In this document: positions 1 to 8,521 of the stretch, piece by piece
Position numbering within the stretch: position 1 is the stretch's first letter
Layout of the letters: each line of letters begins with the position of its first letter
NCBI GenBank assembly: GCA_963704025.1
Contig: CAVPGP010000005.1
Location: 443,386-507,385, forward strand
Source: an uncultured Actinomycetes bacterium
GTDB lineage: Bacteria > Actinomycetota > Thermoleophilia > Gaiellales > Gaiellaceae
DNA: 64,000 nucleotides
Reading direction: 5' to 3'
Position numbers and translations under genes: made by a program
Notes under the pieces: generated by a model
Seen by the model: only the letters and a program-made list of their open reading frames with translations
What the model was told of the DNA's origin: nothing
Database searches by the model: none

Positions 1-89
1 TCTGGCTGAACGCGCCCTACAGTCTCAAGGGCGCCATGTGGGTGGTCACCGCCGACCGGGGCGCCCGGCCGCTGCTGACAACCACCTAG
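1..89 (+). CDS. C-terminal fragment of an unidentified protein (gene starts upstream of the window)
   Basis: Frame 3 is open from the window edge to TAG 87-89 (...WLNAPYSLKGAMWVVTADRGARPLLTTT*). Codons end in G/C as in neighbouring genes. Too short to assign a family. Confidence 0.3.
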   Translation, partial: WLNAPYSLKGAMWVVTADRGARPLLTTT

Positions 90-97
90 GACAGACG

Positions 98-152
98 CTA
101 GGGCCCGATCTCTAGGACCGATCTCTAGGGCCCGATCTCTAGGGCCCGGTGC
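98..152. repeat. Tandem 13-14 bp repeat CTAGGGCCCGATCT (three copies plus a partial fourth that carries the thyX stop codon)
   Basis: Copies at 98-111, 112-124 (variant CTAGGACCGATCT), 125-138 and 139-150 (CTAGGGCCCGGT). Five CTAG tetranucleotides fall within about 65 nt between two convergent gene ends. Confidence 0.9.
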
Positions 153-846
153 GGCCCGCTCTCACGAACGCGTCGTAGGTGACCGGCATCCGGTCGGCGA
201 GGAACTGCTCGACGGCGTCGGCATAGCGGCGGATCTCCCGCTGCGCGGTCTCGGCGTTCCGGAGCGAGACGAAGTTCATCAGCGCGCGGGCGTTGACCGT
301 CCAGTAGAACTCGGTGTAGGCGCCGACGGGCATCACCGAGCGGGCGAGCTCACGCGCGACGCCGGCCTCGACAAGCCGCTCGTACGTCGAGTACGCGGCG
401 TCGTAGACCGCCTGGAGCTCCTCGCGCGTCTGCTCGGCCAGCTCCGGCGCGACGGGCTCGAACGAGTACGCGCCGGGCTTCCCCACCTGCGTTCGCACGT
501 CCTCCGGCGCCGGCACGTAGAAGTCGTCGGTCGCCTTCGCGTAGCGCATCGAGAACTCGTTGAACGAGCCGATCCGGTGCCGGAACCACTCGCGCGCCAC
601 GAAGATCGGGCTACGAACGTGAAAGCGAAACGCGTTGTGCTCGAACGGCGTCCCGTGGCGCTCGCGCAGCAGGAAGCGGATCAGGCCCTCGTCGGAGTCG
701 TCCATCGCCTCCTTGCGTCGGGCGAAGCTGACGCGGGCCGCGTTGACGACCGAGAGATCCGACGCCATCGCGTCATCGAGCCGGACGAACCCGTGATCGA
801 GGACGTTGATGCTGTTGTCGAGAATCACGTCGGTCAGGAGAGCCAT
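139..846 (-). CDS. thyX: Flavin-dependent thymidylate synthase ThyX
   Basis: Part of ORF 139..1098. The conserved protein starts at ATG 846 (MALLTDVILDNS...). It has the ThyX signature RHRIGSFNEFSMRY (RHRxxSxxxxSxRY). The 84 upstream residues of the listed ORF are Arg/Leu-rich read-through and are not counted. Confidence 0.93.
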   Translation of the reverse strand: MALLTDVILDNSINVLDHGFVRLDDAMASDLSVVNAARVSFARRKEAMDDSDEGLIRFLLRERHGTPFEHNAFRFHVRSPIFVAREWFRHRIGSFNEFSMRYAKATDDFYVPAPEDVRTQVGKPGAYSFEPVAPELAEQTREELQAVYDAAYSTYERLVEAGVARELARSVMPVGAYTEFYWTVNARALMNFVSLRNAETAQREIRRYADAVEQFLADRMPVTYDAFVRAGRTGP

Positions 847-894
847 CGGCCGGCCGAGGCTACTCCTTCCCCCGGACGGTATATCGTCGGTTTC

Positions 895-1266
895 GTGCCC
901 TCGCTCGACGCAATCGGGATCGTCACCGGGAATCTCGCAGAATCCCTGCGCTTCTACCAGCTGCTCGGCCTCGAGCCGCAGGGCGAGACCGGCGGTCACG
1001 TGGAGGCGAAGCTCTCCGGCGGGCTGCGGCTGATGTGGGACACGGAGGAGTTGATCCGACAGCTCGAGCCCGACTGGGAGCCGCCGGCGGGTGGCCATCG
1101 GCTGAGCCTCGCGTTCCTCTGCGAGGACGTCGACGCGACCTACGCGGCGGTCACGGCTGCCGGCTTCGAGGCTGCAAAGGAGCCCTGGGACGCCTTCTGG
1201 GGCCAGCGCTACGCCCAGGTGCGCGACCCCGACGGCAACACGGTCTCCCTCTTCGCACCGCTCTAG
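895..1266 (+). CDS. Glyoxalase/bleomycin-resistance (VOC) family protein
   Basis: C-terminal 123 aa of ORF 577..1266 (IGIVTGNLAESLRFYQLLGL...AFWGQRYAQVRDPDGNTVSLFAPL) look like a single VOC module. The ORF part upstream is antisense to thyX. GTG 895 is the only canonical in-frame start after the thyX start, so the start is uncertain. Confidence 0.7.
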   Translation: MPSLDAIGIVTGNLAESLRFYQLLGLEPQGETGGHVEAKLSGGLRLMWDTEELIRQLEPDWEPPAGGHRLSLAFLCEDVDATYAAVTAAGFEAAKEPWDAFWGQRYAQVRDPDGNTVSLFAPL

Positions 1267-1268
1267 CC

Positions 1269-1886
1269 ATGCTCCACATCGGCACGTCCGGCTGGTCGTA
1301 CCCGACCTGGCGCGGGGGGTTCTACCCCGCCGATGCGAAGCCGGCCGAGTTCCTCCGCTTCTACGCGGAGCGATTCGACACGGTCGAGCTGAACACCACG
1401 GGCTACCGCCTCCCCGACGAGGCGCAGTTCGCCCGCTGGGCCGAGCAGGTGCCGCCCGGCTTCACATTCGCGCCGAAGCTTCCGGCCTACCGGCTGGACC
1501 GGATCGGCGTCTTCTTCGAGCGCGTGCGCCTGCTCGGCGACCGGCTCGGCCCGGTGCGGGTGCAGGTCCAGAACGCGCGCGACGACGGCTGGCTGTTGCT
1601 CCTGCTCGGCTCGGTCGACCCGTCGACGCCGATCGCACTCGACTTCCGCCACGACTCGTGGGCGGGTGTCGAGCTGCCCCGAGAGGTCGCGGTCGTCAAC
1701 GACTTCGAGCGCGACTCGGCGTTCCGCTACGTGCGCTTGCGTGAACCCCCGTACACGGACGACGAGCTCCGCGGCTGGGCCGAGCGGATCCGTGCGCAGG
1801 ACGCGCCCGCCTACGTCTATCTCCGGCACGAGGACGAACCCTCGGCGCCCGCGTACGCAGAGCGGCTGCGAGAGCTCGCCGGCTGA
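1269..1886 (+). CDS. DUF72 (YecE-like) family protein
   Basis: MLHIGTSGWSYPTWRGGFYP... is the hallmark DUF72 N-terminus. ATG 1269 lies 3 nt after the VOC stop, which suggests an operon. Confidence 0.85.
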   Translation: MLHIGTSGWSYPTWRGGFYPADAKPAEFLRFYAERFDTVELNTTGYRLPDEAQFARWAEQVPPGFTFAPKLPAYRLDRIGVFFERVRLLGDRLGPVRVQVQNARDDGWLLLLLGSVDPSTPIALDFRHDSWAGVELPREVAVVNDFERDSAFRYVRLREPPYTDDELRGWAERIRAQDAPAYVYLRHEDEPSAPAYAERLRELAG

Positions 1887-1891
1887 GCTTG

Positions 1892-1919
1892 GGGCTCCCG
1901 CGGCCGCCCGCGGGAGCCC
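1892..1919. terminator. GC hairpin between convergent genes (candidate bidirectional terminator)
   Basis: GGGCTCCCGCGG (1892-1903), loop CCGC, CCGCGGGAGCCC (1908-1919) form a perfect 12-bp stem. There is no U-tract, as is common in high-GC genomes. Confidence 0.55.
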
Positions 1920-1934
1920 TGCACCCGGGTCCTC

Positions 1935-2369
1935 CTAGCGGTGCTTCTCCTTGTCCCCGCCGTGGCCGTCGTGGCCGTCGTGGTCGTCGCCGCCGTGAGC
2001 CTTGCGCTCGGACGAGACGACAGACGTCGAGCCCTCGTGACTCTTCGCCTCGTGACCCTTCGCCTCGTGACCCTTCCCTTCGTGCTTCCCGTGCTTGCGC
2101 CGGTGGTCGGCGCACGGGCCGAGGGCGTCGTGGTGGCGCTTGTGGCCCTTGAAGGCGTGACGGGAGACCATGATCGTCTTGCCCTTGTGGCAGATGACGA
2201 TCTTCTTCCCGTACTGGTCGCCGGCCGGGCCGTACTGGTGGCCGCCGGGCCCGTACTGGTACTGGCTCGACGATGGGGTCGTCGAGGCCGCCTGTCCGAG
2301 CGCGGCGAGCGAGACCATCAGGGTTGCCGCGAAGATCGCTGCGGCAACGGTCTTTGCGGTGAGCTTCAA
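1935..2369 (-). CDS. Secreted histidine-rich small protein (possible metal-binding), unknown family
   Basis: TTG start with GGAGGAA 6 nt upstream. Signal peptide MKLTAKTVAAAIFAATLMVSLAALGQA. The mature part is rich in His/Lys/Gly, with QYGP repeats and GHEAK repeats encoded by three 15-bp tandem units (2034-2078). The start overlaps the stop of the upstream ligase-like gene. Confidence 0.75.
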   Translation of the reverse strand: MKLTAKTVAAAIFAATLMVSLAALGQAASTTPSSSQYQYGPGGHQYGPAGDQYGKKIVICHKGKTIMVSRHAFKGHKRHHDALGPCADHRRKHGKHEGKGHEAKGHEAKSHEGSTSVVSSERKAHGGDDHDGHDGHGGDKEKHR

Positions 2370-3805
2370 GTCCGTTCCTCCTGGGCTGGGGATTCACTCA
2401 TCAGATGCACGCCGCGCCCCGATCTTGCGGTGTCCTCTTCAATCAACCTCGATCGAGGGAGTGGCGCGACGAGCACGGCCGCCGCAATCAGGCCGGCCAG
2501 GGTGACCGCCGGCATCTCCCAGTCCCAGTCGACGGCCGCGTGGAGAAGGAAGGCGGTGTAGGCAGACGCGGCGACGGCGACGAGGGGCGAGCCTCGGCGG
2601 CGCACTGCGCCGGCCAATGGGACTGCGAGCGCACCGAGGAGCAGAAGCAGCCCGACCGCCCCCTGCTCCGCGAAGGTCTCCAGGTAGAGGCTGTGTGCGT
2701 CGCGGACGTCGACGTCGATCGGCCGCTCGTCCTGCCACCACAGCTCGAAGGTGCCGGCGCCCGAGCCGACGATCGGGTTCGCCTCGATCTCGTGCCAGGC
2801 CACTCGCCAGTACTCGGGCCGGTCCCCGGCGGCGCTGCGCGCTCGGCCGGCTGCGGCGGTGCCGGCGACGAGCGCCGCCGCGGCGATGACAACCGCGACG
2901 GCGACTAGAGCGGCTGCGCGCCGCCGGAAGAGCGGCTCGAGGCGCGGTGCCGACCGCACCAGCAGGGCGCCGGAGATCGCGAGCAGCACGAGCGCGACGG
3001 CGAGCAGGCGTCCCTGCCGCTGCGCCTCTCCGAGCGGCCCGAGCTCGCGCCGAAGCGCGTCCGCCTGCAGCGCGAGCGCGGCCGCCGCGGCCGTCGGAAT
3101 GAGTACGAGCGCGGCTCCGGCAGCCGTCCGGGCTCGGGCCGGCGCCAGCGCCAGCCCTGCGAGCCCGCCCAGCCCGGCCGCGAGCCAGGCTCCCCGGCTG
3201 TCCGTGAGCGCCAGCACTGCGGCGAGCGGCGGGGCCAGCGCCGCGCCCGCCGCGCGGACCCGACCGTCCCGGCTGGTCGCAGCAACGCCCACGGCGACGA
3301 GCAGTGTCATCGCAGCGAGGATTCCGAGTGCGTTCGCATAGCCGAGCGGCTTGGCGAGCAGCGTCCCTTCGAACGGATCGAAGCGCAGCGGCTCGTCCGG
3401 GAAGAGCCGGCGGCCGAGCGAGTCGAGACAGACGAGCGTCGACCCGGCGAGGAGCCCGGCGAGGAGGAGCGTCGCGTCCAGCCGCGCGAGGAGGGCGAGC
3501 GCCGCGACGGCCGCGAGGTAGACGAGCGCGCGCTCGCCCTCGCGGAGCGAGGCCGAGCCGTCCTCGGACCAGATCGAGGTGAGCGCGATCCACCCGGTGA
3601 GAAGCGCCCAGGACAGGAGCCACGCGAGTGCGAGGCGGTCGAGCCCCGGCCCGGCGACGAGTGCCGCGAACCCCGCGAGGCACGCAAAGGCGATGATCGC
3701 CGGAGCCCACGAGCTCCGGAAGTAGCCGCCGTCCGCAAAGGCGAGAGCCGGCAGCACGACGGCGCCGGGCACGAGCGCCAGCAGCCTCTCTGGGCGGATC
3801 GGCAC
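2366..3805 (-). CDS. O-antigen ligase (Wzy_C/WaaL-like) family polytopic membrane protein
   Basis: About 10-12 hydrophobic segments, plus the periplasmic-loop motif GSGAGTFELWW...RDAHSLYLETFAEQGAVG typical of O-antigen ligase/polymerase domains. GTG start at 3805. Confidence 0.8.
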   Translation of the reverse strand: MPIRPERLLALVPGAVVLPALAFADGGYFRSSWAPAIIAFACLAGFAALVAGPGLDRLALAWLLSWALLTGWIALTSIWSEDGSASLREGERALVYLAAVAALALLARLDATLLLAGLLAGSTLVCLDSLGRRLFPDEPLRFDPFEGTLLAKPLGYANALGILAAMTLLVAVGVAATSRDGRVRAAGAALAPPLAAVLALTDSRGAWLAAGLGGLAGLALAPARARTAAGAALVLIPTAAAAALALQADALRRELGPLGEAQRQGRLLAVALVLLAISGALLVRSAPRLEPLFRRRAAALVAVAVVIAAAALVAGTAAAGRARSAAGDRPEYWRVAWHEIEANPIVGSGAGTFELWWQDERPIDVDVRDAHSLYLETFAEQGAVGLLLLLGALAVPLAGAVRRRGSPLVAVAASAYTAFLLHAAVDWDWEMPAVTLAGLIAAAVLVAPLPRSRLIEEDTARSGRGVHLMSESPAQEERT

Positions 3806-3862
3806 CCCCCGAGCCTACGTCCCGCCCCGGCGGTGGATCGTCCTGAGGAGGGAGCAGGGATC

Positions 3863-3994
3863 ATGCTCCCGGCCGACGAATTGTGCAGGCCCCTCCCCTA
3901 CGCTGAACCCATGTCCACGACGCTCGCCACCCTCATCGGGCTCCTGCCCTTCGCCTCGCTCACCGGCGCGCTCGCCTGGATGTCGCGGCAGTAA
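3863..3994 (+). CDS. Candidate 43-aa membrane micro-protein
   Basis: ATG 3863 is preceded by GAGGAGGGAGCAGGGA. Sequence MLPADELCRPLPYAEPMSTTLATLIGLLPFASLTGALAWMSRQ* has one hydrophobic helix and nearly all G/C-ending codons. It ends in TAA. Below the ORF-track length cutoff. An alternative internal start is ATG 3911. Confidence 0.4.
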   Translation: MLPADELCRPLPYAEPMSTTLATLIGLLPFASLTGALAWMSRQ

Positions 3995-3998
3995 GAAG

Positions 3999-5177
3999 CT
4001 AGTGCGCCGCGGCGGCGCCGAGGTGCCGCTCGTACGCGCCCGACTCGACGATCTCGAGCGCCTGCGCGATCGCGTGCCGCAGCTCGTCCTCGGTGTTGAA
4101 GAAATGCGGGCCGAAGCGAATGCCGGCGTCGGGCCGCTGGTCGCAGATGATCCCGCGCTCGCCCAGCTCTCGCTGCACCCCGGCGAACTCCGGCGTCCGG
4201 AAGACGACCGAGCCGCCGCGGCGCGCCGGGTCACGGGGGCTCGTCAGCTCGAATCCGGCCTGGTCGACGAGCTGGACGAGCAGGGCGGTGAGCGCCATCG
4301 AGCGGAGCCTGATCCGCTCGACCCCCACCTCCTCGATGACCGAATAGCCGGGCATGGCGGCGAAGTGGGCCGGGACGTTCGGTGTTCCGGAGAGGAACCT
4401 GGCCGCCCCGTCCGCGTAGCTCATCGCAGGCTCGAACGCGAACGGACGCGCGTGCGCCTGCCAGCCGGCGAACGCAGGCTCGAGCCGCTCCGCGAGGTCC
4501 GGCCGCACGTAGAGCCAGCCGTTACCCGGCCCGCCGAGCAGCCACTTGACGGAGCCGCCCACGGCGAAGTCGACCCCGAGCGACGTCACGTCCAGCGGCA
4601 CGACGCCGGCCGACTGGTAGCAGTCCAGGACGACGTACGCGCCCGCCTCGTGCGCACGCTGGATCACCGCGTCGACGTCCTGGATCTCCCCGGTCTTGTA
4701 GAGGACGTGGCTGATCGGGACCAGCAGCGTCCGCTCGTCGATGGCGTCCGCAACCGCCTCGTCGTCCTCGCAGACGACCACCTCGGCGCCGCGCCGCGCC
4801 TGCGCCTGCTGCACATAGCGCACACTCGGAAAGAGCCCCTCCTCGAACACGATCCGGTTCCGGTTGCCCGCGAAGGAGAAGCACGAGAGCACGACCTCCT
4901 CGGCCACGGTCACGTTCTGGTGCATCACCGTCGACCCGGCAGGCGCGCCGATGATCCTGCCGACCTGGTCGCCGAGGGTGATCGGCAGGTCCCACCACCC
5001 CTCGGCCCACGCGCGGACGCCCCGCTCGCGCCACATGCGCGCGTACTCGGCGAGCCGCTCCTCCACGTCGCGGTGCATGGGCCCCAGCGAATGGCTGATC
5101 AGATAGGTCGCCTCGCCGAGGATCGGGAAGCGGTCGCGATAGGCGAGCAGGTCATCCACGCGGCCGGGATCCTCCAC
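3999..5177 (-). CDS. kynU: Kynureninase-like PLP-dependent enzyme (aminotransferase class V fold)
   Basis: 392 aa. N-terminus LAYRDRFPI...TYLISHSLG and the PLP-lysine region FAVGGSVKWLLGGPGNGWLYV resemble kynureninases. Confidence 0.72.
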   Translation of the reverse strand: MEDPGRVDDLLAYRDRFPILGEATYLISHSLGPMHRDVEERLAEYARMWRERGVRAWAEGWWDLPITLGDQVGRIIGAPAGSTVMHQNVTVAEEVVLSCFSFAGNRNRIVFEEGLFPSVRYVQQAQARRGAEVVVCEDDEAVADAIDERTLLVPISHVLYKTGEIQDVDAVIQRAHEAGAYVVLDCYQSAGVVPLDVTSLGVDFAVGGSVKWLLGGPGNGWLYVRPDLAERLEPAFAGWQAHARPFAFEPAMSYADGAARFLSGTPNVPAHFAAMPGYSVIEEVGVERIRLRSMALTALLVQLVDQAGFELTSPRDPARRGGSVVFRTPEFAGVQRELGERGIICDQRPDAGIRFGPHFFNTEDELRHAIAQALEIVESGAYERHLGAAAAH

Positions 5178-5221
5178 GAGCGCAGCCTAGCGCCGCCCGC
5201 CGCGGCGCTGCCCTGCCTCGA

Positions 5222-5674
5222 TCAGCGCACCGCGACGGTCGCCTCGACCTCGACCGGGATTCCAGAGGGAAGCTCCGAGACGCCGATCGCGCTGCGCGCG
5301 CAGAGGCCCCGCTCCTCGCCCCAGAGCTGGACGATCAGCTCGCTGAAGCCGTTCGCGACCGCAGGCTGCTCGCCGAATCCCGGCGCCGAGCGGACGAAGC
5401 AGAGCACCTTCACCCAGCGGTCGACGGCATCGAGCGTGCCGAAGGCGTCCAGGATCCGGCGGAGGAGCAGCAGCCCGGTCTGGCGGGCGGCGAGGTAGCC
5501 CTCCTCGACCGTCATGCTGCCGCCCACCGCACCGCTGACGCCGATCGGGCCCATGCCCGAGAGGTAGGCGAGCCCGCCGTGCACGTGGACGCCGACGAGC
5601 GCCGGCTTGAACGGCATGGCGGGGATCTCCGGTATCTCCAGCCCGAGCTCGCGGACACGTTCATCGACCGACAT
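5222..5674 (-). CDS. RidA/YjgF/L-PSP family protein
   Basis: 150 aa with a YjgF-type C-terminus (ARSAIGVSELPSGIPVEVEATVAV). Its start overlaps the 3' end of copCD by 14 nt. Confidence 0.82.
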   Translation of the reverse strand: MSVDERVRELGLEIPEIPAMPFKPALVGVHVHGGLAYLSGMGPIGVSGAVGGSMTVEEGYLAARQTGLLLLRRILDAFGTLDAVDRWVKVLCFVRSAPGFGEQPAVANGFSELIVQLWGEERGLCARSAIGVSELPSGIPVEVEATVAVR

Positions 5675-6972
5675 CGACCGCCTGCACTTTGTCAGGACCA
5701 GGTGCCGCGGGCGGCTTCGAGTCGACGAGCACCGCCGCCGCCAGCAGGATCGCGACGCCCACGAGGCTCTCGCCGAGCAGGCTCTTCGACATCTTCCCGA
5801 GCGGGAAGCCCGGCCGGGTGATCGCCGGCCGCACCACGAAATGGTGGAATGCGCCCCAGAGGAGCGCCACCGACACGAGCGAGAGCTTCACCAGCAGCAC
5901 CCGCCCGTACGACGCGTTCCAGAGATCGGAGAGCTGGGGCAGCCGCAGCAGCGAGAGGTAGAAGCCGGCGAGGACGAGCAGCCCGACGAGCACGGTCGCC
6001 AGCCGCGAGAAGCGGAGGAACGCCGCCCGGCGCAGCTCCGGCGCCAGCGGCCAGACGCAGATCACGAGCGTCAGCAGCCCGCCCAGCCAGAGACACGCGG
6101 CCGAGAGGTGCACCCAGTCCGCCAGCTGCGAGAGCCAGGAGGAGCCCCGGTCGACAGCGGAGTGACCCGAGAGCGAGAGCCCCGACGCGAAGCCGAGCGA
6201 GACAGCGAACGCGCCCCAGAGCAGGTCGGTCCGGTCGAAGAGCCACGCGAGGAAGAGCAGGGCCGCCACGAGCGCGTATCCGAGCGTCATCGCTACGAAC
6301 GCGTGGCCGAAGCGCGTCCCGCCGGAGATCGGCGACAGGTCGCCGTAGAGGAGATCGCCGAACGGCAGCTGCAGCGCGTCGTCGGCGCGCAGCAGGAACG
6401 CCACGATCCCGACCTCGAGCACGGCGACGACGCCGATCCCGGTCAGGAGCGCAAGGCGCTGCTCCAGCGCCCGCGGCAGCGGCAGCCCGCGCAGCACGAG
6501 CAGCCGCATCCCCAGGCCGCCGATCAGAAGCGCCAGGGCCAGGAAGTACGCCCAGCGGACGACGTGCTCCGCCCGCGTCGGCCCGGAGGCCCCGTACGCC
6601 TCGGTCGGCAGCGGAGCCTCGGCCCTGACGCCGAAGGTGAACACGCCGGCGACCGTGTGGCTGTCCGCGGAGGTCGCGTGCCAGCGGACGGTGTACGGGC
6701 CGCGCGCGAGCCGCCGGAGCGGCGCCGCGATCACGCGGCCGTCCTCGAGCGAGATGGTCGCCTCGGAGACGACCTTCCCCTGGGCCGTCGATGACGGTGA
6801 TCGCAGGCAGGTCGACCGCCTGGTCGAACCGGAGCACGACCTCGCGCGGCGCCGTCTCGAGCCGCTGGCGGAAGTCCGGCGACGTCGAGCGCAGGGTCGC
6901 GTGTGCGAGGGCGTGTGCGGGCAGCGCCAGCACGACGAGCGCCGCGACGACTCCGGGGGCAAGGCGCCTCAT
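5661..6972 (-). pseudogene. CopC-CopD fusion (YcnJ-like) copper protein, reading frame broken by an apparent 1-nt indel
   Basis: ATG 6972 gives signal peptide MRRLAPGVVAALVVLALPAHALA, then the CopC start HATLRSTSP...AITVIDG in the frame of ORF 5692..7554. The protein continues QGKVVSEATISLEDGRVIAAPL...YTVRWHATSADSHTVAGVFTFGV plus 8 CopD-type TM segments in the frame of ORF 5661..6962. The switch lies in a C/G run around 6777-6787. Confidence 0.8.
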
Positions 6973-7554
6973 CGGTGCGGCTCCCCTGCGAGAGGCGACA
7001 GGTGACCGAAGATGGGCGCCGTGTCCCGGTCGCTGAAGAGCAGCACCGAGAGGACGACGAAGATGAGCGCGAAGCCGGCGGCAAGTCCGGGCGAGCGCGG
7101 CCGGAACACCCGCAGGAACGGGATGATCGCGGCCACGAGCAGCCACCAGCCGACGGCGTGGTGCAGGAACGCCGAGCGCGAGAAGAGCCACGGGTTCTGC
7201 TCGTGGACGAGGAAGGCCGCGCCCGAGACGGCGAGCGCCAGCGGGACGAGCAGGTGCCAGCAGCCGGTTCTGGAGCTTCCCGCGCACCAGCGCGAGCTCT
7301 GCGGCGCCCGCGGCCATCATCGTCTGGGCCCAGGCGCCGTGGGCGAGCATGTGGATGGCCGAGTTCGTGTAGAAGGCCATCACGGGCCACATGAGCACGC
7401 CCATGGCGAACGCCAGCCCGGGCCACAGGTAGGCGCGCCAGCGCCGCCTGCCCCAGATCTCGTCGCCGACGAGCGCCTGCGCGAGCAGGCAGAGCGCGAG
7501 CAGGAGGAAGCCGGCTCCGAAGAGCCAGTGCACCATCTCAGCCGGCGGCTGCAT
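6969..7554 (-). pseudogene. His-rich polytopic membrane protein of unknown family, frame broken near 7258-7262, coupled to copCD
   Basis: N-terminal half MQPPAEMVHWLFGAGFLLLAL...AAELALVRGKLQNR lies in the frame of ORF 5692..7554. A coding-like continuation WHLLVPLALAVSGAAFLVHEQNPWLF...FGHLSPLAGEPHR* lies in another frame with no own start codon. Its TGA overlaps the copC ATG (ATGA). Confidence 0.65.
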
Positions 7555-7822
7555 CGTCCTCCGCCTCCTCGAGATCCTCCACGAGCCCCGGCACGACGAG
7601 GAGCGCGAAGGCGAGGCCGACCGCGATCACCAAGAGCGGCGGCTGGATCGCCAGCCACCAGAACCCCTGTCCCCGTGGATGCAGGAGCGTGATCCGTTCG
7701 GGCTGCAGGAACGCCCAGGCGACGCCGGCTCCGACGGCCAGCGGCCCGAGCGCCTTGACGGCGACGGCTCGCGCGGAGCGGGTACGCCGTTGCGCGGCCT
7801 CGATTGCGAACTGAGTGTCCAT
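7538..7822 (-). CDS. Small two-TM membrane protein, first gene of the cop-associated operon
   Basis: 94 aa with two hydrophobic helices and an acidic tail (EDLEEAEDD). It overlaps the next gene's start by 17 nt. Confidence 0.6.
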   Translation of the reverse strand: MDTQFAIEAAQRRTRSARAVAVKALGPLAVGAGVAWAFLQPERITLLHPRGQGFWWLAIQPPLLVIAVGLAFALLVVPGLVEDLEEAEDDAAAG

Positions 7823-7882
7823 GGTCCTCCCGTCTTGTCGAACGCCGACACGACTGCCGCGGACGGGGGGTGCTGCCCGCGG

Positions 7883-8515
7883 TCAGACGGCGAGCGGCGG
7901 CGGGCGCGACTCGAACGCGATCCCGAACAGGCGGCGCGGCGGAACGGCCGCCTGGCCGGGACGCGGGAACGTGAGGCTGGGCGGCCGGACGGAGCCGAAC
8001 GCGCGCGCCGCGGCGGCCTCGGCAAAGCGCTCGTACTCCTCGAGCCAGCTCGAGACCGCCGTCCACGCAAGCGCGACGAGCACGGCGAGGACGGCGAAGA
8101 CCGGCAGTGCGTAGGTGTGCAGCAGCGGCGCCAGCAGGGGCCAACGGCCGGTCACTTGCACGGTGTCGGTGTCGTAGAGGTAGCAGAGCGACGTCGCCGA
8201 GAACGCCGCCAGCCAGGTGCGCACCGAGGTCCGGACGCGGACCCGCGGCACGCCCGCGTGGGGAGCGAACGCCCGCGCAATCGAGCGGGCGCGGAGGAAG
8301 CGCCAGACCACGGTTGCGAGGAGCAGCGCGAGGCCGATCTTCGCGCCGGCGAGCACGATCGGCCCGTAGCGCTCGTCCGGCGGAATCGGGTTCCGCACGT
8401 GCAGCGCACTGTCGACGCGGTGCGTCAGGCTCCGGCCGGCGACCTCCGCGAGCAGCGCCAGGAGCGCGAACGCGAGTGCCGCGCTGACCCGCTGATGGCG
8501 ACGTGCTCGCGCCAT
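7883..8515 (-). CDS. Hypothetical membrane protein (4 predicted TM)
   Basis: C-terminal 210 aa of ORF 7883..8953 starting at ATG 8515 (MARARRHQRVSAALAFALLALLAEV...). The upstream part of the ORF is antisense to the STAS gene. Confidence 0.6.
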   Translation of the reverse strand: MARARRHQRVSAALAFALLALLAEVAGRSLTHRVDSALHVRNPIPPDERYGPIVLAGAKIGLALLLATVVWRFLRARSIARAFAPHAGVPRVRVRTSVRTWLAAFSATSLCYLYDTDTVQVTGRWPLLAPLLHTYALPVFAVLAVLVALAWTAVSSWLEEYERFAEAAAARAFGSVRPPSLTFPRPGQAAVPPRRLFGIAFESRPPPLAV

Positions 8516-8521
8516 GCCTGA

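Noticed and set aside
98-152. Possible CRISPR array (also considered for 47461-47529)
   Set aside because: The units are directly adjacent 10-14 bp repeats with no unique spacers. They are far shorter than CRISPR repeats, and no cas genes are in the window.
4002-6794. Plus-strand ORFs 4002..5498 and 5607..6794
   Set aside because: They are antisense to the kynureninase, RidA and copCD genes and are extremely Arg/Glu/Pro-rich.
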